A stretch of 63,648 nt of DNA, filler included, from 8 parts of 8 records of this genome joined end to end with filler, not necessarily neighbours in it, one strand, 5' to 3'; shown: positions 9,316-20,046, counted from the first letter of the whole stretch. Made by a program: numbers and translations. The notes: generated from the letters alone by a model not told the origin.

Positions 9316-10884
9316 CCCAAAATCCGTGATTGAATAACACTGCTCTTGAGCTACTGTCCCAAATGACATTTTTGGAGTGCATGCAATCTGCTCAAATCAC
9401 ATGGGCACCTATAAGTTGGCTACACTTCGATCATGAGGACAGGTTTTCTTCTCAACTGATACCATTTGGGCGCACTTAGCCCTACATGGTTTCTATATCC
9501 AAAAAAAAATGTTTTTTTACATCACCATCACCTCATAATTTCTGGTTCGAATTTTAGCAAGAAGGTCATGGGAAAACTTACTGACCTTCAGGCAAAGCGC
9601 TCCGGCATGCCTTACAATTTTGCCGGCTGTCTGATACAAAATCCACCGGACTGTTTGTACCTGATGTCTGTTCATCGATGACGGCAAAGCCAGCAATTTG
9701 AAGAGTACAAACAAATTGTAAGCAAGAACACCTACTTTAAAGAACATGCTATTGGCATCAAAGGTGCCGCAGGGCATTCGTTCCATTCCAAATCCATTTT
9801 TTAAATCCTTGATCCGGTTCTCACCGGTGTCACCTCTTTTATTGTACCATTTGATTATATCTTTTATCGTTCCTGTTTTGTTGGTGGCAATGACAGTATG
9901 GCGGACACGTTCAGGTTTCTGTTCATTGGCAAAAACTGTTTGCTGCACAGGCCTTTTGATTACAATCAACCGAAACGCCTTATTTGTTTTTTCCATGGAG
10001 TGGACAGTTTCGCAAACTTGCCTGTCACCGTATGCTTCCCAGTGCTCATCATTTATCTGGTTGATTGCCGACATTGTTGCAGTATCCAGCCTGCCACCTA
10101 TGGCAAACTCAATTTGATTGTGATCGCACCAGTTGAACACCTCGGCCTGGTAGGTCGCACTATCCGCCCGAAGTGATGTTATTTTTTTGTTCTTTGGCAT
10201 CTTGTGACAACAATGCTTGATGAACTCAATATTCCGGGTAGCTGGCGGGACATTGCCTTCACGGAACTCGTCACCGATTACCAGGCCATTCTCGCCAAGA
10301 TGGCCTACCATGGGCATATAACCTTTTTCACCCTTGTAAGTGATAAACGCTTCCTGTTTTTCAGCAACAATTTGCGTTGCGTCAATATCAAGAGTGAACT
10401 CAGATTTACTGTCACAGTTTAAGGCTCTACGGATATAGGCCGTATTAACTTTTTCCAGTCCATCATTCCCATGCGACGCAGCCAGGCTCCTGTAGCGTCA
10501 GGGCTGGGGATGCCATCAATGCCAAGTAGATCTTGAAAACCTGAGTCATTTTTTATTTGCCGAATATCCTTAAGACTACGCCCGCCGCCATGCAGCATAA
10601 GAACAAGTGGCTGGATGAAATTGAAAGGGGAATATCCGCGAGGGCTTCCAGGTTTTGGTAGTTTATCGCGAATAAGCAGGGGAAGCCCCATTGGGTGGAT
10701 AAACTCGCCGAATATGATAAGGCCGGCATGAGGGGGGATGGTGTCGTTGGTACACTCCAGCTTGAAAGGAAGTATTCTTGATTTTAACCTCTTCGGTTAT
10801 GAGTTTTGTGGGCTTAGACAACCTTATTATCTCATAACTTAAGGGGTTTTTTATTATTTCTTTTTTTTAATCACCGATTCGGGG
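9316..10884 (-). mobile_element. IS1380-family insertion sequence (about 1.57 kb)
   Basis: Imperfect terminal IRs cccaaaatccgtgattgaa (9316-9334) and ccccgaatcggtgattaaa (reverse complement of 10866-10884) match at 15/19 and enclose the transposase. Confidence 0.75.
9517..10785 (-). pseudogene. IS1380-family DDE transposase, frameshifted near 10468
   Basis: N-part ILPFKLE..HAGL..GEF..LVLMLHGGG; the second frame continues GNDGLEKVN..TLDIDAT..YKGEKGYMPMVG..LRADSA..YNKRGDTGENRIKDLK. No clear start codon. Confidence 0.85.
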
Positions 10885-12864
10885 TCAGTTAGTGGCGTTT
10901 ATCGATTTTCCCCTTTCGTTTTCTTTGATTATTTTTTGAATGTCTTTAAGCCGGCCAAAGCATTCTTCCATTCCACACCTCATGAGCGGCAGCCCCTTGT
11001 GAAAATCATCCCAGGCATAGTCTTTAACATCCGGATAAAGAACAAGATCTGCACTTTTTACAAAATTGCCGGTTGCACGCCCGTGAACAATACTGATGGT
11101 CTGAGATACGATTTGTTTGATTCCCGGTGCCTTCCGGCTTTTTGAGGAGCCTCCTGTCCTGGGCTCAATGCTTACGGCAATAGCCATATCCGCCCCTTTT
11201 CTAAACAGCACATCCACGGGAACCGGATTCAAAAGCCCTCCGTCAACCATCCATCGGCCATGATGCTGATATGGGTTAAATACCGCAGGAATGGCAATAC
11301 TGGATCGTATGGCACCTGTGACATCACCGGTTTCAAAAATAATTTCCTCTCCCTTTAAGATATCTACACTCACAATGTATGTCGGGATTTTTAAATCGAG
11401 AAAATCTGCATTGTTCACTGCTGTTCTTACAAGGTTTTCAGCTTTTTTTCCTTTCAGAATCCCTTTTTGGGGAAGGGTGTAATCAAATATTTTTTTCCTG
11501 GCATCCGCCCGGGTGGAAAACAGATCTATTGTATTTTTTTTCAACTCATTTACAGATGCAGAGGCTGCATAGATCCCCCCCACCAGGGCTCCCATACTGG
11601 CACCCGATATCATGTCAATGTGAATACCGGCATCCTCAAGCACTTTCAGGACCCCAATATGTGCCCATCCCCTGGCAGCACCGGCACCCAAAGCCAGCCC
11701 CAGCCGTATACCTGCGATATCCCTGGCCACAGCCCTGGATCCCCTGACAGGAAAGCACTTTTTTGTATCGATTTGATCATTAAATGCCCGACTGGACCTG
11801 TCTACCCAGATGTTAGGTGTCTCAGAAAGATTTAACTTTTCCTTTAAGACCTGCCGGACGATTCCTTTTTCACCGTATAAATGGCTTACACCAACCCGTA
11901 TTCTGCCTAAAAATGCACTTGCACCACAAATTTCCTCTAATTGTGAAAGTCGCTTTTGGACCTTTTCAAATTTTTCCAGGGTATTGTGTATCAGCAAAAG
12001 GGTACGATCACACAACCGTACAAACAAGCGCTCCATGTCATTCAGATGGTGGGTGAGATTGAAAAAAACCACATCATAGCTTTCCTGGATGCCGGACATC
12101 AGGACCGGCATTATTTCCGACAGCCTGTCAGAAAAACCTGTCTTCAGCTGGAGAACATGAAATCCGGAATCGTGTGAAAACCAATGGATGTCATTCGGCT
12201 GATAACTGCCTGCAGGCAATATTTGAAACAGTCCCGGATCAGGGCAGTCGATCCGGGTTAATTCATATTTCTGCATGATTCTGGCCGTACTCAGATGCGG
12301 TTCAATGACAAGCACTCTTTTAGTTGACTCATCAGAAACATGAAAGGATACCGAATACAGAAAATGAGATACACCAAGATCCGGACCGGAAGAAGAGACG
12401 GCATAGAATTTGGGCGCCTTTTTTTGATTGATGCTGTCATGAAGATCAACTGTCATGCGTTTGGCATAATGACGGCTTAGATATAATCCAATGCTTTTAT
12501 CTTTCTTTAATAAAGACTCAAAATGCTCCCTGGTTAAACAGAACAGATCTGCATCTAATGAGGCGATGGCTGTGGCATTGCGCGGTTCCTCAGATAAAAG
12601 GGAAATTTCTCCAAAAAAATCCCCTCTCTTCAAGTCAGCCACAAAATGTTCCTGACGTCCAATTGTTTTATAAAGCGATACGATTCCGGACCGGATTACA
12701 TACATTGAATCGCCGGGCTCACCCTGCGTACAAACCACGTCCCCTTTTTTTACCTCCTTTTTTTCAAATAAACCTGCAAGCTCTTTCACCTGCTGATCCG
12801 GCACGGAGGAAAATAAAGGCGCGCTTGATAAAAAATCAATAAGATCCGGTATATGGTTTTTCAT
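10885..12864 (-). CDS. Cyclic-nucleotide-binding patatin-like phospholipase (NTE/RssA-like)
   Basis: N-terminal cNMP domain (FFGEISLL..PRNAT); patatin motifs GAGAARG, GASMG and DGG. Confidence 0.9.
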   Translation of the reverse strand: MKNHIPDLIDFLSSAPLFSSVPDQQVKELAGLFEKKEVKKGDVVCTQGEPGDSMYVIRSGIVSLYKTIGRQEHFVADLKRGDFFGEISLLSEEPRNATAIASLDADLFCLTREHFESLLKKDKSIGLYLSRHYAKRMTVDLHDSINQKKAPKFYAVSSSGPDLGVSHFLYSVSFHVSDESTKRVLVIEPHLSTARIMQKYELTRIDCPDPGLFQILPAGSYQPNDIHWFSHDSGFHVLQLKTGFSDRLSEIMPVLMSGIQESYDVVFFNLTHHLNDMERLFVRLCDRTLLLIHNTLEKFEKVQKRLSQLEEICGASAFLGRIRVGVSHLYGEKGIVRQVLKEKLNLSETPNIWVDRSSRAFNDQIDTKKCFPVRGSRAVARDIAGIRLGLALGAGAARGWAHIGVLKVLEDAGIHIDMISGASMGALVGGIYAASASVNELKKNTIDLFSTRADARKKIFDYTLPQKGILKGKKAENLVRTAVNNADFLDLKIPTYIVSVDILKGEEIIFETGDVTGAIRSSIAIPAVFNPYQHHGRWMVDGGLLNPVPVDVLFRKGADMAIAVSIEPRTGGSSKSRKAPGIKQIVSQTISIVHGRATGNFVKSADLVLYPDVKDYAWDDFHKGLPLMRCGMEECFGRLKDIQKIIKENERGKSINATN

Positions 12865-12867
12865 TTT

Positions 12868-14688
12868 TTAATACCGTTTTTCCACAAGGTCAATGACAAG
12901 GGACGCGGTGATTAATTTGCCGATCCAATGCATGGTCATCGTCTCTGCGGCGTTTCCCTTGAGGATCTCGTGGACAAACGCCGGTTGGATATACTGGGCA
13001 AGCGGTGTTTTTTCAAATCCGCTTTCCAATTGCGGCACAAAAGCGTTTTTCACCCATGTGCCCCAATCTTCCAGGGGAACTTTTGAAGCCCGTCGTCCAA
13101 AAAGCCGGCCCGCCAGTTTAGCCGGTCCTTTGTGAAGGATTTTTCCGGTATAGTAACCGAACTTGTTACCAGAAGCCCAATACTTGGGCGGCATCCCATC
13201 CACATTCAGGTGTTTCAGCCGGCCATGTGCCAGGATATATCCCAGCATGGCTTTAGATTCCCAAGGCAGTGCAGGACGATCAAGGAAAAGAGAATTGTGT
13301 AAGGTGCTGAGCGGTATCTCATATGAAAGCGCCCTGATTTGTCCATCCCAGAAAGGGGAACGCATGTGACCAAAGCTCTCGGCAAAGGCCAATTCACCAC
13401 CAAAATATTTGGGAGCCTGTTCATAGTGCATAAAGCTCATATGCCGTTCTTCAACAGCCATGTCATTCCATCCAAGCTCCTCCTTGAGATAAATCTGCTT
13501 GGCTCTGAACGACTCCCTTAGTGCCTGACTGTCATTGAAAATGGTATCATAAAAACCGTCCGGCTGCCAGTCGGGATTCCGGATGAGCTTCACAGTGGCA
13601 GCCGAAAGTACCTGGGGGGAGGAAAAGACCCCGCGGAAAAAATGTCCGCTGGAGACACCGGTCAAAATAATGCCGAGACCGGCGCCGGTCAGGTGCCGGT
13701 AGACCATAGCCAATGTCGCGCGCAACGCATTAAGGGTGCCACCGGAATAAAAAACAGTATCACGGGCAAGCTCCCGTAATTTGGAACTGCTCATGTCGTC
13801 AAATGGAAAAGCGTGATGTTCCAGCCCCAGCCGCTCAGCCACAAGCCGCCCATTTACCATGTCTGAGCAGCCTTTGTTGCCGTAGGTGTAGAGCTGGCTC
13901 TTAGTTCTCTCAGGCATGTACGAAGCAACAATACGCGCATCAAAGCCGCCTGTCACGCCGACACCGCAGCCACCTGGTGATATATTGTCATAATAACTGG
14001 GGAACCGTTTGTTGAAAATATCCAGGGCAAGAGCCTGGGCTTCCCGCATGGAAAGCGATGTTTCTTTCTTTTTCAGTTGAGGGGCGTACCGCCGCTCCTC
14101 TCTTTTACCCGACCGTAAATCAAATTTAACAATCAGGCCCGGTCCGATCCGCTCCACACCCCGTATCTGTGTCGTGGAAGCCAGCGGGTAGTTATACAGG
14201 AAAAAATCGTGGAGCCATGCAGGATCAACCTTTGGGTTTTCTAAAACATGAATAAACGTATGCAGGGTGGTGGAGACAAGAAGCTGTCCATCGAAAAATC
14301 CTGCATACAGGGAATACTGGCCGAATTTATCCGTCACCAGGTAGGCGGTATGTTCCGGTTTGGAATAAACAATGATCGCGTGGCAGGCCTCCAACGTGTT
14401 AAAGACAGCGTCCCTGCCGTTTTCAAGTCCGTCAATAATTTCAGGCCAGGGAATTGTTGACTGGTCGATCAAGGCCCCTGCATAACAGCCGATGTACTTG
14501 TCATTTTCATATATCCTGTCCTTGCCCAGCAAACATTTGTCTCCGTATGAGGCATGGGCTGTCCAGTTGTTTCCTGACGCCGCCGAAACAAGCAACCGGC
14601 CTGAGGCATTAGCTGCCTTGGCGGCAAGTTCAGTAACCGACCCATCTAGTGGTGCGGCATTCATATCGATAATAAGCGAAGCAGGCAT
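12868..14688 (-). CDS. Asparagine synthase-related protein (amidotransferase-like, glycan locus)
   Basis: TDKFGQYSLY, GVTGGFDAR (SGGxDS-like), RSPFWD; lacks the N-terminal catalytic Cys. Confidence 0.75.
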   Translation of the reverse strand: MPASLIIDMNAAPLDGSVTELAAKAANASGRLLVSAASGNNWTAHASYGDKCLLGKDRIYENDKYIGCYAGALIDQSTIPWPEIIDGLENGRDAVFNTLEACHAIIVYSKPEHTAYLVTDKFGQYSLYAGFFDGQLLVSTTLHTFIHVLENPKVDPAWLHDFFLYNYPLASTTQIRGVERIGPGLIVKFDLRSGKREERRYAPQLKKKETSLSMREAQALALDIFNKRFPSYYDNISPGGCGVGVTGGFDARIVASYMPERTKSQLYTYGNKGCSDMVNGRLVAERLGLEHHAFPFDDMSSSKLRELARDTVFYSGGTLNALRATLAMVYRHLTGAGLGIILTGVSSGHFFRGVFSSPQVLSAATVKLIRNPDWQPDGFYDTIFNDSQALRESFRAKQIYLKEELGWNDMAVEERHMSFMHYEQAPKYFGGELAFAESFGHMRSPFWDGQIRALSYEIPLSTLHNSLFLDRPALPWESKAMLGYILAHGRLKHLNVDGMPPKYWASGNKFGYYTGKILHKGPAKLAGRLFGRRASKVPLEDWGTWVKNAFVPQLESGFEKTPLAQYIQPAFVHEILKGNAAETMTMHWIGKLITASLVIDLVEKRY

Positions 14689-14749
14689 AAAATTTCCTGG
14701 AACAGGTTATTGGTACGGTTTAGTTTTTATATCCATAGATGCTTTGGAG

Positions 14750-14923
14750 TTATCTACATTTTTGCCTCACTTTTTTCAATGCAGCATACAGACCAGGTGC
14801 TTTTTTCAGTAAAGGCCGGGGATTGAGTGCTTTTTTCAGGTAAAAGCTCAACCTGCCAAACAGCGGCACCCGATGTGCCATACCTGACTTCATAGCGTCC
14901 TGGCATGGGTTGCATGTGCCGCA
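14750..14923 (-). CDS. Partial CDS (3' end) with CGTCNPC motif, possibly QueC/PP-loop-like
   Basis: Open frame from the contig edge: CGTCNPCQDAMKSGMAHRVP...QKCR*; same strand as the downstream genes. Confidence 0.4.
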   Translation of the reverse strand, partial: CGTCNPCQDAMKSGMAHRVPLFGRLSFYLKKALNPRPLLKKAPGLYAALKKVRQKCR

Positions 14924-14924
14924 T

Positions 14925-15024
14925 NNNNNNNNNNNNNNNNNNNNNNNNNNNNNNNNNNNNNNNNNNNNTTAATTAATTAANNNNNNNNNNNNNNNNNNNN
15001 NNNNNNNNNNNNNNNNNNNNNNNN
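14925..15024. other. Artificial contig linker
   Basis: 44 N + TTAATTAATTAA + 44 N. Confidence 0.98.
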
Positions 15025-15163
15025 AGTGCTTGCCTCAGGAAAATTTGAACTTTTATTGGAGCTTTTTGGGGTTTAAACGCCTGGCCCCTCCGCTCCCCGT
15101 TAAAAAAGATTGTTTTGTAAAGGACTCTTTTTAGCGAAAGCTGACATATAACAAACGAATGAG

Positions 15164-18100
15164 ATGAATCAAACAATGAATTTCAGCTACAATTTTATTG
15201 AACTCAACAGATCGTTCCATGAATTGTCAAAAAAGGGTATCGAGAGTGATGACTCAGATATCCGCCAGTTGTTAGGTACAGGAGTGCGTCTTAGTTGGCA
15301 TGATCTTATTAAAGAGTACCGTCTAATAATTTTGTCGGAAGCGGGTTCTGGCAAAACCTTTGAAATTCAAAATGTTGCTCTTATGCTTAGAGAGCAGGGG
15401 AAAAATGCTTTCTTTCTTCGATTAGAACATATCCCTTTAGATTTTGAAGAAGCCTTTGAAGTAGGAACCTACGAGGATTTTGATAACTGGTTAACTTCAG
15501 GTGAGGAAGGATGGCTTTTGTTAGACTCGATAGATGAAGCCCGTCTTCGAAATCCTCGTGACTTTGAACTTGCAATTCGAAAATTGTCCAGAAGAATTAG
15601 TAAAGTTAAAGACTGGACCCATATTGTTATAACTGGTCGCACAACAGCATGGCGGCCACTATCGGATCTTACGATTTGTACATCCCAATTACCTTATACC
15701 GCAAACTCCTCCTCTGATAATGTTCTTTTGGATGATTCTGATCCTGAGGGAAGATTGCAGGCTCAAACTACAACGAAAAGTAGAGATGAAACAGCATTTA
15801 AAATAGTTGCATTTGACGATTTAAATTCTGAGCAAATTGAAGTATTTGTCAAGGATAGAGGAATTAAGGACAGCAAATCTTTTCTTGAGGCTGTAGAAAG
15901 GGCTGACGCATGGTCTTTTACATCACGTCCCCAAGATTTAGAAGAACTTACTGAATATTGGATAGATAAAGGTAGAATCGGAAGCCGGTTAGAACTCATG
16001 CGAAACAGCATTGATCGGAGGATTATTGAGCGTGATCAAGACCGAGCAGAAGCCTTCCCCCTTTCAGCAGAACGAGCCCGTGAAGGGTTTAGACTTTTAT
16101 CAGCAGCTACAACACTGGTTCAAAATCAAACAATTAGGATTCCTGACGGGTCAAAAAATTCTGAGGGAATAGCCGTTCAATCTGTGCTTCCAGATTGGGA
16201 TGACCAAGAACAAACAATTTTACTATCCCGGCCGATACTTGACGAAGAAATTTATGGAACAGTTCGTTTCCACCATCGATCAGTAAGAGAGTATCTAACA
16301 GCTGAATGGTTCTCCAAATTACTTGAAAGAGAGACATCACGACGCACTATCGAAAAATTATTATTTCGAAATCAATATGGCTTGGAAATTGTTGTTCCGA
16401 CATTACGTCCAATTTTACCTTGGTTGGTAATTTTGGATGATAAAATTAGGGAACGAGTTCGTAAAGTGGCACCCGAAATTATTTTTGAAGGTGGCGACCC
16501 TAGTCAACTACCTTTAGAAGTGCGTCAATATATTTTACGCGAAGTTTGTGAACAAATGGTGAAAGGAACTACTGGCCGCTCGATGCATGATTTTGCTGCT
16601 GTTCTACGTTTTGCGAATCATGATTTAACTGATGACATACGCACACTGATCAAACGATATGAGAACAATGAAAAATTGGTTGCATTCCTTCTACGCATGG
16701 TATGGCTTGGGCAGCTTACACGGGCTTTACCGGAAGTTATGAAATTTTCGCTAATGCCGACTGTTGAAAAGTATACTCGCATAACAGCATTTAGAGCTGT
16801 CATAGCAATAGGAGCTGACGAGGATATTGAAAATGTTCGCCAGAGTTTTTTGATGGAATCTTCTGAACTGAAGCGAGAATGGCTTGCCGAACTTCTTGAA
16901 GGAATTCAACTGACAACAAAAACGTTGACTTGGCTCTTAAAGTGCCTGGAAAAGGTTGAGCCCAAAAGACGTTATAGTGTTGATCTTTTAACAGAAAAAA
17001 TGTCAGAACTTGTGAGTACCTCTAAAATTGAACTTCTTCCACAGCTTGTCTCCGGTTTTAACAGTTTACTTAGTCTTCAGCCGATGATTGATCGTCCGTA
17101 TTGCGAAGTTTCAGAAAAATTCAAATGGTTGATGTTACCTGTATGTCAAGCTGTAGAACGATTGATCTTGATTAATCACCCTGCGTCGCTTGAAATATAC
17201 TGCCTTGCAATTCTACACAAAGTCACAACTCTACCTGATTATGGGAGCAATGACCTAAACAAAATTAAAGTTGATTTCTCACAGCTTGTCCCCTCCTGGC
17301 AAGAACTGAATTGGTGTTTGTTCTGGTATGAGGTAAAAAAAACGAGAGAACGGGTTGTAAAAAAGCATGGAGAAAGATTGACAGATTTTTGGCGGGTATC
17401 CATTTTCGGGGCTATTTGGCATTTTCAATCTAATGATTTTGAGATTGTGGCTGAAGAGATTAGGCAACAAGCATTTCTTGACAACAAATTAATGGCTTTA
17501 TCAATAGCCTTTCGCCTTTATAGAGAAAATAATAGACCCCGGCCTTGGCGTATGAAACTAAAAAAACTTGTCGCTGATAATGATGAGTTGTCGGAACGCT
17601 TGAATTCATACTTGAGACCTCCTCCTAAAAGCAAAGAGGAACTTCGCTGGAAAAAACAGGAAGCCAAATGGAAAAAAGAGGCTGAAGCACGTAAAAGAAA
17701 AACAAAAAAACATCATGCAGATTGGAAAAAATTTCTAAACAAAAATTTTCATAAAAATAAAGCAGACCTCAAAAACAAACCTGGAACTCTCACAAACCCT
17801 TTAGTCTATTTATTTGAGCAAACTCGAAATAAGAAAGGTTCCTCATCTAAGTGGACTGAGTACAATTGGAAAACATTGATTCCAGAGTATGGTGAGAAAA
17901 TTTCGCAATTTTATAGGGATGGTACCGTTTCTTTTTGGAGGAATTATGAACCAAAATTGCGGTCACAGGGTGCCCCTTTTAATCAAACACCTTATGCTGT
18001 CATCATAGGTCTTACAGGTCTCGAAATTGAGGCTTATGAAATCGAGGGTTGGCCGGGTAATCTGAAGAATAGAGAAATTGAATTAGCGTGCAAGTATGCA

Positions 18101-19486
18101 TCTTTTGAACTAAACGGATTTCCGACATGGTTTTCTAAACTATTTGATATGTACCCTGATATTGTATGTAAATTTTTTATCCAAGAAATTAAATATGAGT
18201 TATCAATAAAAAAACAAAAGGAAAACATCCATTATATAATAGACGATTTGAGTTGGTCAGGACAATGGGCTTGGAATAAACTTGCGAACCATATCTATGA
18301 TATTTTGAAGAAAGAACCCAAAAATCTATCTAATTTGGACGCCCTATTAAAAATAATTCAGGGTTCAGCCTTGTCGGATAAACTAATTGAAAAGCTTGCG
18401 TCGAGAAAATGTCGCAGTTTAAAAAAAATGGAGCATTTGGCTCGATGGTTTGCTGTTTGGATAGGTGTTGCGCCTAATGTCGCCATTGCATTATTAAAGA
18501 AGCAACTGCGACAGATACTTGAACCTAAAATACAAACGAAGTTTGCGATGGTTTTCATTACTCAACTTTTAGGTAGTCGTAGGGGTAGTGGATCTAATGT
18601 GCGAGAAAAGTATAAAACACCTGAGCATTTGAAATCTTTATACCTGCTTATGCACAAATATATTCGGAGAGACGAAGACATTAATCGTGTTGGGGGTGGA
18701 GCTTATTCACCTGGGTTGAGAGATAACGCACAAGATGCTCGTAGCACCCTTTTTAATTTGTTGAACCAGATTCCAGGCAAGGCGTCGTTCTTGGCACTTT
18801 GCGACATTGCTAATTTACATCCAGACGAAGAAGCTCGATCATGGATATTATTAAGTGCAAAGAAAAAAGCCGAACAAGATGGAGATATAAAACCTTGGCC
18901 TGTTTCTGAGATCAGAGAATTCTACGACAAACTGGAACGCACTCCCATCAATCATAGGGAGTTGGCTGAGCTGGCAACTTTTCGAATTCTTGATCTCAAA
19001 GATGATTTAGAACACGGGGATAGCAGCATTGCAAATATTTTAAAAACTGTAAAGCTGGAAACTGATATGCGTAAGTTTATCGGTAAAGAACTTAGAGAGA
19101 AAGCATTCGGGCGTTATTCCATTCCTCAGGAAGAGGAGTTGGCAGATGCTAAAAAGCCGGACTTAAGATTCCATGGGACAGGTTTTGATCAACCTGTTCC
19201 TACAGAATTAAAGCTCGCAGACAAATGGAGTGGACCGAGTTTGTTTGAACGTCTCGAAAATCAACTTTGCGGTGATTACTTGAGAGATAATCGTTCGAAT
19301 ATAGGTATATTTGTCCTCGTGTATCAGGGAAAAAAGACCCATTGGGAAATATCCAGTAGTGATAGTGTGAATTTTGAGGAACTAACTATGGCTCTTCAGA
19401 AGCATTGGAGACAAATTTCCGAAGATTATCCTAATATAGATGATATTGAGGTGATCGGTATAGATCTGACTAAGAGATCGAGTTGA
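15164..19486 (+). CDS. NACHT/STAND-type NTPase with long helical region and C-terminal PD-(D/E)xK-like nuclease; candidate anti-phage protein
   Basis: Walker A SEAGSGKT, Walker B LLLDSIDE, sensor ITGR, winged-helix FHHRSVREYLTA; C-terminal E..KKPDLRF..PTELKLAD..ENQLCGDYL. Confidence 0.75.
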   Translation: MNQTMNFSYNFIELNRSFHELSKKGIESDDSDIRQLLGTGVRLSWHDLIKEYRLIILSEAGSGKTFEIQNVALMLREQGKNAFFLRLEHIPLDFEEAFEVGTYEDFDNWLTSGEEGWLLLDSIDEARLRNPRDFELAIRKLSRRISKVKDWTHIVITGRTTAWRPLSDLTICTSQLPYTANSSSDNVLLDDSDPEGRLQAQTTTKSRDETAFKIVAFDDLNSEQIEVFVKDRGIKDSKSFLEAVERADAWSFTSRPQDLEELTEYWIDKGRIGSRLELMRNSIDRRIIERDQDRAEAFPLSAERAREGFRLLSAATTLVQNQTIRIPDGSKNSEGIAVQSVLPDWDDQEQTILLSRPILDEEIYGTVRFHHRSVREYLTAEWFSKLLERETSRRTIEKLLFRNQYGLEIVVPTLRPILPWLVILDDKIRERVRKVAPEIIFEGGDPSQLPLEVRQYILREVCEQMVKGTTGRSMHDFAAVLRFANHDLTDDIRTLIKRYENNEKLVAFLLRMVWLGQLTRALPEVMKFSLMPTVEKYTRITAFRAVIAIGADEDIENVRQSFLMESSELKREWLAELLEGIQLTTKTLTWLLKCLEKVEPKRRYSVDLLTEKMSELVSTSKIELLPQLVSGFNSLLSLQPMIDRPYCEVSEKFKWLMLPVCQAVERLILINHPASLEIYCLAILHKVTTLPDYGSNDLNKIKVDFSQLVPSWQELNWCLFWYEVKKTRERVVKKHGERLTDFWRVSIFGAIWHFQSNDFEIVAEEIRQQAFLDNKLMALSIAFRLYRENNRPRPWRMKLKKLVADNDELSERLNSYLRPPPKSKEELRWKKQEAKWKKEAEARKRKTKKHHADWKKFLNKNFHKNKADLKNKPGTLTNPLVYLFEQTRNKKGSSSKWTEYNWKTLIPEYGEKISQFYRDGTVSFWRNYEPKLRSQGAPFNQTPYAVIIGLTGLEIEAYEIEGWPGNLKNREIELACKYASFELNGFPTWFSKLFDMYPDIVCKFFIQEIKYELSIKKQKENIHYIIDDLSWSGQWAWNKLANHIYDILKKEPKNLSNLDALLKIIQGSALSDKLIEKLASRKCRSLKKMEHLARWFAVWIGVAPNVAIALLKKQLRQILEPKIQTKFAMVFITQLLGSRRGSGSNVREKYKTPEHLKSLYLLMHKYIRRDEDINRVGGGAYSPGLRDNAQDARSTLFNLLNQIPGKASFLALCDIANLHPDEEARSWILLSAKKKAEQDGDIKPWPVSEIREFYDKLERTPINHRELAELATFRILDLKDDLEHGDSSIANILKTVKLETDMRKFIGKELREKAFGRYSIPQEEELADAKKPDLRFHGTGFDQPVPTELKLADKWSGPSLFERLENQLCGDYLRDNRSNIGIFVLVYQGKKTHWEISSSDSVNFEELTMALQKHWRQISEDYPNIDDIEVIGIDLTKRSS

Positions 19487-19510
19487 TTTGTATAGAGTTT
19501 GTTTTTTATA

Positions 19511-19560
19511 TTTCAACAACAAAAATAAACCGGGCAAGCCGGTTAATTTTCGTGTTAGGC
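19511..19560 (+). mobile_element. Short or degenerate integron attC-like site
   Basis: AAC, then AATAAACCGG / CCGGTTAATT inverted repeat, then a GTTAGGC (GTTRRRY) core site 12 nt before the next gene. Confidence 0.5.
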
Positions 19561-19572
19561 GTCATAAATATT

Positions 19573-19962
19573 GTGAAAAAAATTCTTTCAAAATACGGTA
19601 TTAGTGGAGTTATACTCCTTTTAACCATTGTTCTTATTATCTTTTCTTTACCTTTCAAAGAAAAAATTAAGGTTTCAAATATTACTTGGGAAATAGTCAA
19701 TGGAGAATATTTAGTATCATTCGATATAAAAAACAAAACACAGAAGAAGCTTGAAACTAATATGGCTATAACGGTTCAGGCTAGAAAATATGCTGGTGGT
19801 TCTCCAAAGGCTGAAATTATTGAGGTACTTGGAGCTAAAAAACTCTTTGCAACTCTTAATCCCTCTCAGTCCAGAGAATTTAATGAAATCGTAAAACCTA
19901 AAACTATTGCTTTCCCGGCTGATTTTGTAACGGTAACCACTTGGGAGGCACAGGCAAATTGA
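19573..19962 (+). CDS. Integron cassette gene: membrane-anchored Ig-like hypothetical protein (129 aa)
   Basis: GTG start just after GTTAGGC; N-terminal TM helix; stop overlaps the downstream attC. The ORF-track start at 19483 would run through the attC-like site. Confidence 0.65.
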   Translation: MKKILSKYGISGVILLLTIVLIIFSLPFKEKIKVSNITWEIVNGEYLVSFDIKNKTQKKLETNMAITVQARKYAGGSPKAEIIEVLGAKKLFATLNPSQSREFNEIVKPKTIAFPADFVTVTTWEAQAN

Positions 19963-20046
19963 TAACCCATCACTGGACGGGACCGCGAGCAACCCAGCCG
20001 CCCTTTTTAAGCGCTTTGGCGTGGCCCGTCAGTTCAACCGTTATAA
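19960..20046 (+). mobile_element. Integron attC recombination site (87 bp)
   Basis: R'' TGATAAC; L'' ACTGGACGGG pairs with L' CCCGTCAGT with one extrahelical G; R' GTTATAA; then GAGGA and ATG (20057) of a truncated next cassette. Confidence 0.8.

Noticed and set aside
10885-12864. Patatin plus cNMP domain as a CBASS/Pycsar effector
   Set aside because: No CD-NTase or cyclase nearby; the architecture fits the NTE family.
15142-15163. CATATAACAAACGAAT resembling the left half of an attC upstream of the NACHT gene
   Set aside because: No complementary right arm or GTTRRRY found.
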